Shown here piece after piece: positions 18,886 through 29,092 of a DNA stretch of 53,684 nucleotides (position 1 is the stretch's first letter; each line of letters opens with the position of its first letter). The notes under the pieces were generated by a model. That model worked only from the letters and a program-made list of their open reading frames with translations. It searched no databases and had not been told where the DNA came from. This DNA is from an uncultured bacterium (GTDB lineage Bacteria; SAR324; NAC60-12), in the NCBI GenBank assembly GCA_964010765.1, contig CAXGMD010000012.1, forward strand, positions 1-53,684, read 5' to 3'. Both the position numbers and the translations under genes were made by a program.

Positions 18886-19992
18886 CTAGGAGAAAAAACC
18901 TTTGATTGTGTTCATGAATTTGTCTCTCAGGGGGTGACTATCTTGATCACTGATGTGTTCCATCTCTTCAAGTAGTTCTCTTTGCCGAGCAGAGAGATTC
19001 GTTGGAGTTTCCACGACAATCCGCACATGCAAATCCCCTCTGTTACCTCCACGCAAGTTCACAATTCCTTGATTCCTCAGACGGAAGATTTTGTGGGACT
19101 GGGTGCCAGCCGGGATTTTCAAGCGAGCTTTGCCTTCTAAAGTAGGAACCTCAATTTCAGTGCCGAGGGCTACTTGTGGAAAGCTGATTGGAACCTCACA
19201 AAAGATGTCAGATCCATCCCGTTCGAAGATCGGATGTTTCTTCACACGAATCACAACGTAGAGGTCCCCCGGAGGTCCCCCGTCAATCCCATGTTCACCC
19301 TCGCCAGAGAGTTTGATTCTGGAATTGTTATCTACACCTGCGGGAATGTTGATTCGAATGGTCCTTGTTTTAGGAACGCGCTTTTTACCACGACAGGTTC
19401 CACAAGGATTTCGAACAGTTTTTCCTTGCCCTCCACAGGAGCGACAGGTTGTTGCAACGCTAAAGAAGCCTTGCTGGATTCGCTGCTGACCTGTCCCGCT
19501 ACAGACCCGACAGACTTCTATATCAGATTCTGATTTAGCCCCTAGCCCCCCACAAGTATCGCAAGTTTCCATTCTGGGAATATCAACTTCCGTCGAATGC
19601 CCAAATGCGGCTTCCTCGAAAGAAATCTCCATATTGTACTGGAGATCCGAACCACGTTCACCGCGGCTACGTTGACCTCCAGTATTTCCGAAGAGATCAC
19701 CGAAAAGATCTCCGAAGATGTCGCTGAAACCACCTCCGCTGAAACCACCACTAAAACCGTCTCCCATCCCTTCAGCAGCATGGCCGAATTGGTCATAGCG
19801 AGAACGCTTCTGAGAATCACTAAGAACCTCATAGGCTTCAGTGGCTTCTTTGAATTTCAGTTCAGCATCTGAATCACCTGGATTGCGATCTGGGTGATAC
19901 TTCATGGCCACTTTTCGGTAGGCCTTCTTCAGGTCTTCCGGGCTGACGTTTTGGGAGACCCCTAGTACTTCATAATAATCACGTTTGGCCAA
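18886..19992 (-). CDS. dnaJ: Chaperone DnaJ
   Basis: J-domain HPD, G/F-rich linker, four CxxCxG zinc motifs. Confidence 0.98.
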   Translation of the reverse strand: MAKRDYYEVLGVSQNVSPEDLKKAYRKVAMKYHPDRNPGDSDAELKFKEATEAYEVLSDSQKRSRYDQFGHAAEGMGDGFSGGFSGGGFSDIFGDLFGDLFGNTGGQRSRGERGSDLQYNMEISFEEAAFGHSTEVDIPRMETCDTCGGLGAKSESDIEVCRVCSGTGQQRIQQGFFSVATTCRSCGGQGKTVRNPCGTCRGKKRVPKTRTIRINIPAGVDNNSRIKLSGEGEHGIDGGPPGDLYVVIRVKKHPIFERDGSDIFCEVPISFPQVALGTEIEVPTLEGKARLKIPAGTQSHKIFRLRNQGIVNLRGGNRGDLHVRIVVETPTNLSARQRELLEEMEHISDQDSHPLRDKFMNTIKGFFS

Positions 19993-20022
19993 CAGGGCCT
20001 CCTTCCTGAGGATGCGAAAAGA

Positions 20023-21945
20023 TTACTTTTTAACTTCCTCGTAATCTGCATCAACAATGTTATCGTCATCTTGCTTGCTGCCTGAGCCACCACCTTGATT
20101 TTGATCATCGCCAGGCTGATCTGATCCAGATGGGTTTGCTGAAGCTTGACTATAAAGTAACTCAGCAAGTTTGTGAGAAGCTTGGGTAAGGGCCTCGATG
20201 TCACTGCGAATGGCCTCAGGGTCGTCTCCTTCCAAGCTCTTTCGGAGTTGCTCACTGACAGCAGTGATTTTCTCTTTGTCTGCTTCTGGAAGCTTGTCAC
20301 CAAGTTCTCCCATCGTCTTTTCTGTACTGTAGAGTAGTGTCTCAGCTTGATTCCGAAGTTCTGCCGAATCCCTACGCTTTTTATCGTCATCAGCATATTG
20401 TTCTGCTTCCTGAACCATACGTTCTACTTCTGAGTCAGAGAGGCCACTGGAGGAGGTGATCTTGATTGCTTGCTCCTTACCCGTACCAAGATCCTTAGCG
20501 CTGACATTGACGATGCCGTTGGCATCAATATCAAAGGTCACCTCAATTTGAGGCATTCCTCTTGGAGCTGCAGGAATCCCAACCAGTTCGAAACGGCCCA
20601 GGGTCTTGTTATCAGCTGCCATTTCGCGCTCACCTTGCAGCACGTGAATACTCACCGCAGGTTGATTGTCCGCTGCTGTTGAGAAGACCTGGCTCTTCCG
20701 GGTAGGAATTGTGGTGTTGCGCTCGATCAACTTGGTCATTACTCCACCGAGAGTCTCAATGCCAAGTGAGAGTGGTGTGACATCCAACAAAAGAACATCT
20801 TTGACGTCACCCTTTAGCACTCCACCTTGGATCGCCGCACCGATTGCAACGACTTCATCCGGATTGACGCCCTTGTGAGGCTCTTTACCAAAGAATTCCT
20901 TTACGATTTGCTGGATCTTGGGCATTCGCGTCATTCCACCCACTAGGATCACCTCATCAATGTCCTTAGCGGTACAGCCAGCATCTTTCAGTGCGTCTCT
21001 ACATGGTCCAAGACATCGCTGGACCAGATCATCAACCATTTGCTCAAAGCGAGCACGGCTAATTTTCAAATTCAAATGCTTTGGACCATTCTGGTCTGCA
21101 GTGATGAAGGGAAGATTAACTTCTGTTTCAGTGCCGGAAGACAACTCATGCTTCGCTTTTTCGGCGGCTTCCTTCAGACGTTGGAGAGCCATTTTGTCTT
21201 GGCGCAGATCTATGCTGTTTTCCTTTTTGAATTCATCAGCTAGAAAGTTGATCAATCTGTTGTCAAAGTCGTCTCCACCGAGGAAGGTATCTCCGTTGGT
21301 TGATTTGACTTCAAAGACTCCGTCTCCGATTTCGAGAATGGAAACATCGAATGTTCCTCCACCAAGGTCAAAGACGGCTATCTTCTCGTCTGATTTTTTG
21401 TCCAGTCCATAAGCCAATGAAGCCGCAGTGGGTTCATTGATGATCCTAAGTACATTCAGGCCAGCAATTTTACCTGCATCTTTTGTCGCCTGCCGTTGGC
21501 TGTCATTGAAGTAGGCTGGAACAGTAATGACTGCGTCAGTAACCGTCTCTCCAAGATAGTCTTCAGCTGTTTGCTTCATTTTTTGGAGAACAAAAGCTGA
21601 AATTTCCGGAGGCGAATAGCTCTTACCATCAACGCCGATGTAAGCCAGATCATTTGCTCCACCTGTAATCTCGAAGGGAGCCACAGATTTCAATCGATTG
21701 ACTGCTTCTGTATTAAACTTTTGGCCCATCAAGCGCTTGGCGCTGAACACGGTTCGCTTTGGATTCGTAATCGCCTGTCGTTTCGCAACTTGGCCTACCA
21801 GACGCTCACCACTGTCATTGAAGGCAACCATAGATGGGGTGGTGCGGACGCCTTCTGAATTTTGGATTACCTTGGGATCACCACCTTCCATCACGGCGAC
21901 ACAAGAGTTGGAAGTTCCCAGGTCAATTCCAATTACCTTTCCCAT
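20023..21945 (-). CDS. dnaK: Chaperone DnaK
   Basis: [35 protein letters not shown]-terminal DADYEEV. Confidence 0.99.
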   Translation of the reverse strand: MGKVIGIDLGTSNSCVAVMEGGDPKVIQNSEGVRTTPSMVAFNDSGERLVGQVAKRQAITNPKRTVFSAKRLMGQKFNTEAVNRLKSVAPFEITGGANDLAYIGVDGKSYSPPEISAFVLQKMKQTAEDYLGETVTDAVITVPAYFNDSQRQATKDAGKIAGLNVLRIINEPTAASLAYGLDKKSDEKIAVFDLGGGTFDVSILEIGDGVFEVKSTNGDTFLGGDDFDNRLINFLADEFKKENSIDLRQDKMALQRLKEAAEKAKHELSSGTETEVNLPFITADQNGPKHLNLKISRARFEQMVDDLVQRCLGPCRDALKDAGCTAKDIDEVILVGGMTRMPKIQQIVKEFFGKEPHKGVNPDEVVAIGAAIQGGVLKGDVKDVLLLDVTPLSLGIETLGGVMTKLIERNTTIPTRKSQVFSTAADNQPAVSIHVLQGEREMAADNKTLGRFELVGIPAAPRGMPQIEVTFDIDANGIVNVSAKDLGTGKEQAIKITSSSGLSDSEVERMVQEAEQYADDDKKRRDSAELRNQAETLLYSTEKTMGELGDKLPEADKEKITAVSEQLRKSLEGDDPEAIRSDIEALTQASHKLAELLYSQASANPSGSDQPGDDQNQGGGSGSKQDDDNIVDADYEEVKK

Positions 21946-21976
21946 AGATCAGACTCCTTTGAGTTTTTGGGGTTCT

Positions 21977-22591
21977 TCAAGTATTCAGGGTTTTTTCAGC
22001 GACGCGAACCATGGCTGGCCTCACTACTCGATCATGGAGGTAGTAGCCAATTTGGAATACATCCAGAACATGATTTTCTGGAACTTCGTCGGTTTTCACC
22101 ATGCCCACTGCCTGATGGCAGTTTGGATCAAACGGCTCACCCTGAGGCTCTATGCGGCTCACACCGAATTTGTTGAGACTTTCCTGCATCATACGATTCA
22201 CCATTTCAATGCCCTCTATCATGCTACTAGAGAGGTCTTCTTGCTGCTGAGAATGAGTGAGTGCTCTTTCTAGACTGTCGATGGCTGGTAACAACTCTCG
22301 GATCAACTCCATGTGATGATACTTGAGTCGATCAGCTTGCTCCCGAGCCATTCGCTTGCGGAAGTTATCCATTTCTGCGTGCTGACGAAGGAGTTCTTCT
22401 TTCAGAGTAGCAACCTGCAGCAGGGCTTCGTTCTCGATTGCAGAAACTTCTTCCTCATCAGCCTCTAGCTCATTGAACTCTACTGGTTCATCAGTAGCAA
22501 TCGGTTCCGAATTTTTTTCGTTGATAGGGTTGTCGCTATTTTCTAGCGGTTCCTCAGTGTTGCTACCTTTTTCAGTATTTTCTTTGTTCAT
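21977..22591 (-). CDS. grpE: Nucleotide exchange factor GrpE
   Basis: AEMDNFRKR, LLPAIDSLERA, FDPNCHQA, GY.L.DRV.RPAMV.V. Confidence 0.97.
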   Translation of the reverse strand: MNKENTEKGSNTEEPLENSDNPINEKNSEPIATDEPVEFNELEADEEEVSAIENEALLQVATLKEELLRQHAEMDNFRKRMAREQADRLKYHHMELIRELLPAIDSLERALTHSQQQEDLSSSMIEGIEMVNRMMQESLNKFGVSRIEPQGEPFDPNCHQAVGMVKTDEVPENHVLDVFQIGYYLHDRVVRPAMVRVAEKTLNT

Positions 22592-22597
22592 TTATTT

Positions 22598-23677
22598 TCA
22601 ATCACAGGATGATGATTGTTGGGTGATGGTTTGTGAGAGAATTCTGGCTGTGAAATCAACTACTGGGATCACTGTTTGATAATCCATATTGGTAGGCCCG
22701 ATTACTCCGATGGTACCGAGGACGTTGTTTTGATCACTATACTGGGCCTTGACCATCGTACAGTCCTGGAAGCTTTCCAACTCATTTTCGATCCCAATAT
22801 AAATTTGGATTCCATCGGCTTCCACGGCGGAATCGAGCAAATTCATGATCATCGACTTGTGCTCGAAGGCATCCATTAATCCACGGGCACTGTTCAGATT
22901 CCTGAAGCGCTCACTAAAAATCAGGTTGTGCTGGCCTTCGATATAAACTTCCGGAGCATTTTCCAATTCGAAAGCTTTTTTCCCTAGTCGAACGGCTTGG
23001 GCTAACAGGCGGTCGTAACGTTCCTTATCTTCGACCATGCTTTCGAGAATCTGCTGTCGAATCTCATGAAGACTCCGATTGTGGAACTGTTCGTTTAAGA
23101 AACTGGAGACTGTGTTGAGAAAGTCCTGCGAAAGATCCTCTGTTGTTGCAATGATCTTGTTCCGGACTTGGCCGTTGCGGGTGACCAGGACAACCAAAAT
23201 CTGTTGGGAACTTAGGCGAATAAACTCAATTCTTCTTAGAATGCTCGTCTCAACTCTTGGGGAACTGGTTAAGCAGACAAATTGAGTTAATCCTGCAAGC
23301 AGGCGGGTCGTACTGATCAAAAGATCCTCGACCTGACTCATCCCACCTTCCTGAGTTACCTCCTGAATCCTTTTCTGCAGCTTGCGAGTAAGTTGGTTAG
23401 CCACAACTACTTGATCAACATAAAACCTGTAAGCTTTGTCAGTGGGAATCCGGCCTGCAGATGTATGCAACTGCATCAGGAAGCCCATGTCTGAGAGATC
23501 AGACATGATGTTCCGAATTGTCGCTGGGGATAACCCCATCTCCAAGGACTTTGAAAGGGAGCGCGACCCAACGGGTTCGTTACTAGTTATGTAACCCTCA
23601 ATGATCCCGCGTAGGACTCGTTGGGTACGTTCGTCAATCGACTCCTTGGTCTCCAACCGTTGAACCGTTTTCGACAT
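22598..23677 (-). CDS. hrcA: Heat-inducible transcription repressor HrcA
   Basis: EPVGSRSL, SPATIRN.M.DL, HTSAGRIPTD.AYRFYVD, GVIGPT.MDY. Confidence 0.97.
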   Translation of the reverse strand: MSKTVQRLETKESIDERTQRVLRGIIEGYITSNEPVGSRSLSKSLEMGLSPATIRNIMSDLSDMGFLMQLHTSAGRIPTDKAYRFYVDQVVVANQLTRKLQKRIQEVTQEGGMSQVEDLLISTTRLLAGLTQFVCLTSSPRVETSILRRIEFIRLSSQQILVVLVTRNGQVRNKIIATTEDLSQDFLNTVSSFLNEQFHNRSLHEIRQQILESMVEDKERYDRLLAQAVRLGKKAFELENAPEVYIEGQHNLIFSERFRNLNSARGLMDAFEHKSMIMNLLDSAVEADGIQIYIGIENELESFQDCTMVKAQYSDQNNVLGTIGVIGPTNMDYQTVIPVVDFTARILSQTITQQSSSCD

Positions 23678-23698
23678 AAAGCTCCCTCAAGTAGCTTA

Positions 23699-23725
23699 TT
23701 AGCACTCATCAGCTGATAGTGCTAA
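23699..23725. promoter_or_regulatory. CIRCE operator (HrcA site)
   Basis: TTAGCACTC-atcagctga-TAGTGCTAA, one mismatch to TTAGCACTC-N9-GAGTGCTAA, 21 bp upstream of hrcA. A minus-strand TTGACA lies at 23749-23754. Confidence 0.95.
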
Positions 23726-23818
23726 TAGTTAACATTCGAATGGATGGTTGTCAAGGGAAATGACGGGAATAGGTGATGTTCTCCGTCGAAGTTTTTAGTG
23801 GACAAAGTCCATTGATTT

Positions 23819-25018
23819 TCAGGGTTCTGAGAGTCCCAACAAATTTCGAAAGGTTTCTGGATCATCTAATTTTCTTTCCAGCCGTCTACGAAATTGGGGG
23901 AAGGAGATTCGATGGCTGCTTTCCACTTGAAGATCTTGGTTGCTGTAGACGCGAGGATCCAAATTCTGATCAATCAACCACTCCAGCCAACTGTTGTAAT
24001 CCTGATATAAATCCTCTGGAGGCAGTTGAAATCCAGTCGAGGTTTCATTGATCTCTTGTGTCAGTTCAAATCCCTCATCTTCTTCAATTTCTGTTACATC
24101 CGGCGTTAATCCAGGCATCTTGGTCGTGGGTGGTGCTGGTGAAAAACCTGTTCTGTAGTGCAGACGAAAGGTCTCAAGCAGATCATGCAACCTATCTGTG
24201 GGAGCAACCCTTCGCTCCAGACGATGAGAAAACTGAAGGAACGAAATCGGTCGGGAACTTTCAACTCTGAGGTTTTCTGCTGAAAGTTCCTGAAGATTCA
24301 GCCCAATTGAATAGAGATGATCGCACCATTCATTGAACCCCAGATATGCTTCGTCCAGTGGCCTTACAGGGAAGGCCTGATTTTCATCAAAACTTTCCGG
24401 AACATAGGTCTTGGGCTTTAGCTCTGGAGGTGGACGGAAACGTAGCTCATTTTCTAGCGTTTGGCTCATCATCGGATTGGAAGGCGCCGGAGGTGGGGCT
24501 TGTGGCGGTGGCTGTTTGAGAGGACTCCCACCAGGTAGTGGAGGTGATGGCAGCGGTACACGCCTAGGCTGCTGGATGGATTGTTGCTCAATTTGTTCCA
24601 GTCGCCCTTTCACCTTGTCAACCTCCTCTGCAAGGCGCAGCAAAGCCTGGTGAGTGCCCGCTAGATCTTCTTCGGTGAGATACTTATGTTGCTCTGGTTG
24701 CTCAGCTTTGGATTTTGTTGAAGTGAGTTTAGTAGAAGTCCAATCAGTTGGGAGCAAACAAAGACTATGTGCTTCCACCCAGTTTGGGGTAGTCAGCTTA
24801 CTTTCCCAGTCGGGTAAGCGAGCCAGTGCAGTTTCACAGAAGTGTAAAAATGTCTGATAGTTTATTCGATCTTCAGGAGACACCTTTTCTGGTCGGTTCA
24901 CTCTCAGAGGACACTGTATTTGTTCCAACCATTTGATCCACTCCTGCCAGGTCTTCTGGGATTCCTTTCGTTGCCAGTGTTCAACCAGTCGGTTTTCCAG
25001 TTGATCTAGAGCCTTCAT
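23819..25018 (-). CDS. Hypothetical protein with internal repeats, coiled coil and polyproline linker
   Basis: 399-aa ORF, ATGA-coupled to the ABC1 kinase. Repeats at aa ~216-282 and ~330-395. Confidence 0.8.
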   Translation of the reverse strand: MKALDQLENRLVEHWQRKESQKTWQEWIKWLEQIQCPLRVNRPEKVSPEDRINYQTFLHFCETALARLPDWESKLTTPNWVEAHSLCLLPTDWTSTKLTSTKSKAEQPEQHKYLTEEDLAGTHQALLRLAEEVDKVKGRLEQIEQQSIQQPRRVPLPSPPLPGGSPLKQPPPQAPPPAPSNPMMSQTLENELRFRPPPELKPKTYVPESFDENQAFPVRPLDEAYLGFNEWCDHLYSIGLNLQELSAENLRVESSRPISFLQFSHRLERRVAPTDRLHDLLETFRLHYRTGFSPAPPTTKMPGLTPDVTEIEEDEGFELTQEINETSTGFQLPPEDLYQDYNSWLEWLIDQNLDPRVYSNQDLQVESSHRISFPQFRRRLERKLDDPETFRNLLGLSEP

Positions 25019-26469
25019 GATGCCTTTCTTGCAACTTCCATCATCAAATAAAGAGCCAACTCCTGAAGATCAACTTTCACTCGATACTGTTTTAGAAGGC
25101 CTCCGATCGAAATCAAAACTCTTCCCATCAGTACAAAATTGTCGGGAATTTTTACTTCCGCCCTTCTCATGATGCGCATATGAGTTTCCATCTGGCTCAG
25201 CCCTGCAAATTCAGCGGGATCTCTTTCGAAAAGTAATTTTAGCAATAATGGACCGTCGGGGACATCAAATCCAGCCTTGCGCAATAATGAATCAAATTCT
25301 GATTGCTGACGATTAAAAAGTGCCACCAAGACGTTTCGGTAGGCCTCACACTCGGCGTCCGTCAACTGAGCGACAGCTCCAAAATCCAGCAGAGCTAGCT
25401 TCCCTTGAGGGGTTACAAAGAAATTTCCAGGATGAGGATCTGCGTGGAACAAGCCGGTGACAAAGATTTGCTTGATGAAGCTCCTTACCAATGATTGCAG
25501 CAGTGGCTCAGCAGCACTTGGCACATCAGCTAGGAAATACCGAAGAGGTTGACCTTCGACAAAACTCATAGCCAATACTTCTTTACTCAGGAGATCGGGA
25601 ATCAGTACTGGAAACACCCACTCCTCTGCTTCATATAGAGCAAGGAATTTTGTTAGGTTTGCCGCTTCATGGTAGTAGTCCAATTCTTGCCGGATACTCC
25701 TGCTGAGCTCTCCCACAGTCTGGCCAACGTTCCAACCTTCTGCCCAGCGTTGAAGTAAGGGTGCGATGCGCTTGAAAAACAACAGGTCCGCTTCAATCTT
25801 CTCTGCAGCATCCGGCAATTGAATTTTTAGTGCGACAAGAGAGCCACCTCTAGTTTTTGCTCGGTGAACTTGTGCAATGGATGCTGTTGCTAACGGTACT
25901 GGCTCAACGTCATCGAATCGTAGTCTCCAATCGGCACCATAACACTGGAATAGCTGTTTTTCGATCTCTTCCCATAACACGCTTGGAGCCTGATCCTGAA
26001 GCTCTGCTAGCTGATCTACATAGGTTTCTGGGAGCCAATCTCCTTGACAGCTAAGGAATTGAGCGGCTTTTACCCATGCACCACCTTGTCTACGGCAAAG
26101 CTCAGCCAGCTCGGTAGCATTCTTCTGATGAAGGGACTGAGTTTCTTCTGAAATTTCGTTGGGCTCTAGTACAGGAAGGCGAATTTTCTGAAATGCGTAG
26201 GTTCGAGCTGCAATACTGAGGAGTGTTTGGCCAGCATCAAAATAGCGGCTTCCATGGGAATACCACTGGTTCAAATTGTCTGACTGGCTGATGAGTTGTC
26301 GGAAAGCTTCAGGGGCATCTGTCTGCATCCAGTCAAGAAAACCATCTCCCCAGCCCTTCCATCGTTTGGACCATTCTTCAGGGATGCCGGCTTCATCTGC
26401 CCAGTCTGAAACAGTTTGATGGGCTTTGACCAGCCAACGGTGGGAATCACGGAACCAGTTGTCTGCCAT
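25015..26469 (-). CDS. ABC1/UbiB/AarF-family atypical kinase
   Basis: KAAQ (KxGQ-like), LQDQAP, ATASIAQVH, VALKIQ, ELDY..EA, HADPHPGN, LLDFG. Confidence 0.93.
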   Translation of the reverse strand: MADNWFRDSHRWLVKAHQTVSDWADEAGIPEEWSKRWKGWGDGFLDWMQTDAPEAFRQLISQSDNLNQWYSHGSRYFDAGQTLLSIAARTYAFQKIRLPVLEPNEISEETQSLHQKNATELAELCRRQGGAWVKAAQFLSCQGDWLPETYVDQLAELQDQAPSVLWEEIEKQLFQCYGADWRLRFDDVEPVPLATASIAQVHRAKTRGGSLVALKIQLPDAAEKIEADLLFFKRIAPLLQRWAEGWNVGQTVGELSRSIRQELDYYHEAANLTKFLALYEAEEWVFPVLIPDLLSKEVLAMSFVEGQPLRYFLADVPSAAEPLLQSLVRSFIKQIFVTGLFHADPHPGNFFVTPQGKLALLDFGAVAQLTDAECEAYRNVLVALFNRQQSEFDSLLRKAGFDVPDGPLLLKLLFERDPAEFAGLSQMETHMRIMRRAEVKIPDNFVLMGRVLISIGGLLKQYRVKVDLQELALYLMMEVARKAS

Positions 26470-26565
26470 TGACCCAAAATTGGTTTATGAGGTGAGCCTC
26501 AGGTTGCTAGAACATGTTAGGTGAGAAGTCTTCTAGCAAAATTGCGATGCTAAGGGAAGCAAAGT

Positions 26566-29010
26566 TTAACAGGAAAGCTTGTAGTCCAGTGTCAACAGGG
26601 CAACTTCTCGGAAGTGTTTGACGAAATGGATTGTCAAATTTTTACGCAAGTGTGCTGGAAGTTCCTCGAATTGAGAACGGTTTGCTTCAGGAAAAATCAG
26701 TGTATTGATCCCTGCGAGCTTTGCTCCAACGACTTTTTCTCGAACACCGCCGATGGGGAGGACTTGTCCGCTTAGGGTTAGTTCTCCAGTCATTGCAATA
26801 GACGCTGGAACAGCTTGTTGGATAGCAAGTGACAGCAGGCTGGTGGCCATGGCTATTCCTGCTGAAGGGCCATCTTTGGGTGTGGCCCCCTCTGGAACGT
26901 GCAGGTGGATCGTATTTTTCTTGAAGAATTGCATCTTGCCTGGAACTTCACGTAGCAACGATTGGACGTAACTATGGGCTATTGAGGAGGATTCCTTCAT
27001 CACATCCCCAAGTTGTCCTGTCAATTTAAATTCTCCTGAGTTCCCATTGAGCATAATTGATTCAATGGGCAGAGTGGAGCCCCCAGTTGGCGTCCAAGCG
27101 AGACCCCGCACAACTCCGGGCAATTCCAAGCGCTTGTACGCATCTTCAGGATACTCAGGCTGTCCCAGAAAATCGTGAAGCTGCTCGCGCAGGATGACAA
27201 CCTTTTTTTTGTCTCCCTTGGCTACGCGCATTGCCACACGTCTTGTGATGGACCGAAGTTTTTTCTCCAGATTACGAACTCCGACCTCACGGGCATATTC
27301 CACGGTCAACTGCTTCAGTGTCTCTTTCGGTAGCTCGAGGTTTTCCTCAGTGAGCCCATGATCGGGGAGGATTTTTGGAATCAGGTGACGCTGGGCGATC
27401 TTCAATTTTTCTTCGATTACGTAACCGGACAACCTTAGAATCTCCATCCGATCAATCAAAACCGGGGGAATGGTATCGAGGCTGTTAGCTGTGGCTACGA
27501 AAAGTACGTTTGATAGGTCAAAACGCAGATCAAGATAGTGGTCGAGGAAATCCTTGTTCTGCTCAGGATCGAGCACTTCTAAAAGAACAGAGTAGGGGTC
27601 TCCTCGGAAGCTCCGACCAGCCTTGTCCAATTCGTCTAGCATGATCACTGGATTCGCTGTCTTAGTAGTCCGTAAGGCTTGGATCAGCCGCCCAGGCATG
27701 GCCCCGATGTATGTTCGTCGGTGACCCTTCAATTCATTTTCATCACTCATCCCACCAACGGAGAAGCGATAAAATTCTCGACCCAGCGCAGAGGCTATTG
27801 ATTTGCCAAGTGATGTTTTTCCAACACCCGGGGGGCCCACAAGACAAAGAATCCCACCTCGCATACCGCCCCGAAGTTTGCTGACTGCAATGAACTCAAG
27901 AATACGTTTTTTTACATCGTCCAGACCATAGTGATCGTGGTTGAGGACACGCTCTGCTTGGGAAATGCCGAGCTTGTCTTTTGAATAGACTCCCCAAGGT
28001 AAAGAGGCAATCCAGTCAAGATATTGATGGACGATTTGAGATTCAGGTGAAGAGTCATCCATGAATTCATAGCGTCCCAATTCCTGGATCACCCGTTCTT
28101 TTGCTTCCTCCGTGAGTGTCAATTCCGAAAAGCGTTCTCGAAAACGATCCAACTCCATCTGTTTGCGATCTTGCTCTAACCCTAATTCATGTTTAATTTC
28201 ACGAAGTTGTTCTCGGAGAAAAAACTCTCTTTGATGCTTGGAGAGCCGCTCATCAATTTTCTGACTGATCTTCTCTTTGAGCAGACTCAGGTCATATTCC
28301 TCCCTCAACAACAGTAGAGTCTGCTCCATTCGCTCTTGGATATCTTGGGTCTCCAGAATTTTTTGTAGGGCCTTGCTTTTGGCGTTAGTCATCGAGGCAG
28401 CCAAATCAGTCAGCTTGATGGGTTCGTCTAGATTGACCTGAGAAAGAAGGTGATGCATCTCCTGAGAGAAGGTTGGATTATGGGGAATCAGTTCCTTCAA
28501 AGTAGAAACTATAGCAGCTGCAGAGGCACGCAACTGCTCTGTCATTTCAGGGGGTGCTTCTTCGATGTAATCTACCTCAGCACTGTAGTGCTGGTCATCT
28601 GGATGAAACCTCCGCACCTTGAACCGCTTCAGAGTGCTCAGCATGAATTGGCAGCTCTCATCCGGTAATTCCACCCAGTGCAGGACGTACGCAACGGTTC
28701 CTACACGGTAAAGTTGTGAAGCAGACTCGATTTGACGTTGTTCTCCCTCTTCATCGCTTTCGTTAGGTTTGGCCATCACGAGACCGATGATTTTTTCTTC
28801 ACGGATTTGATCACGAATCCAGCGGCTGACCATACTGTCAGCACCAACCATCGTTAGAATTCCAGGGAAAATCGGACGCTGATAAACTGGAAAGATTGGA
28901 ATGCGATTAGGTAGATCAGCCACCGTGATGACCGTTCCTTCCGAATCAACAAGAAGAATCCGATCTTTTTTGTTGGCTTGGTTGCCGTTGGCGGCTTTCT
29001 TTCGAGCCAT
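26566..29010 (-). CDS. lon: ATP-dependent Lon protease
   Basis: DHYGL..VK.RILE, GPPGVGKTS, GHRRTYIGAMPG, PKDGPSAG (Ser), GGVREK (Lys). Confidence 0.97.
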   Translation of the reverse strand: MARKKAANGNQANKKDRILLVDSEGTVITVADLPNRIPIFPVYQRPIFPGILTMVGADSMVSRWIRDQIREEKIIGLVMAKPNESDEEGEQRQIESASQLYRVGTVAYVLHWVELPDESCQFMLSTLKRFKVRRFHPDDQHYSAEVDYIEEAPPEMTEQLRASAAAIVSTLKELIPHNPTFSQEMHHLLSQVNLDEPIKLTDLAASMTNAKSKALQKILETQDIQERMEQTLLLLREEYDLSLLKEKISQKIDERLSKHQREFFLREQLREIKHELGLEQDRKQMELDRFRERFSELTLTEEAKERVIQELGRYEFMDDSSPESQIVHQYLDWIASLPWGVYSKDKLGISQAERVLNHDHYGLDDVKKRILEFIAVSKLRGGMRGGILCLVGPPGVGKTSLGKSIASALGREFYRFSVGGMSDENELKGHRRTYIGAMPGRLIQALRTTKTANPVIMLDELDKAGRSFRGDPYSVLLEVLDPEQNKDFLDHYLDLRFDLSNVLFVATANSLDTIPPVLIDRMEILRLSGYVIEEKLKIAQRHLIPKILPDHGLTEENLELPKETLKQLTVEYAREVGVRNLEKKLRSITRRVAMRVAKGDKKKVVILREQLHDFLGQPEYPEDAYKRLELPGVVRGLAWTPTGGSTLPIESIMLNGNSGEFKLTGQLGDVMKESSSIAHSYVQSLLREVPGKMQFFKKNTIHLHVPEGATPKDGPSAGIAMATSLLSLAIQQAVPASIAMTGELTLSGQVLPIGGVREKVVGAKLAGINTLIFPEANRSQFEELPAHLRKNLTIHFVKHFREVALLTLDYKLSC

Positions 29011-29092
29011 TTTCTCGGTTGGCTGGAGTTAGTAAGTCAGAGAGAACAAATTAGTGAAGCTTTCTCTCTGTAATCAGATTTGAAGGTCTGCT

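Noticed and set aside
20470..22273. Several plus-strand ORFs antisense to dnaK/grpE
   Set aside because: Shadow ORFs from codon bias; antisense frames opposite dnaK are a known artefact and show no protein motifs.
26534..26552. TAGCA-N9-TGCTA resembling a second CIRCE
   Set aside because: Lacks the CTC/GAG inner arms and has 9 rather than 15 nt between TAGCA and TGCTA.
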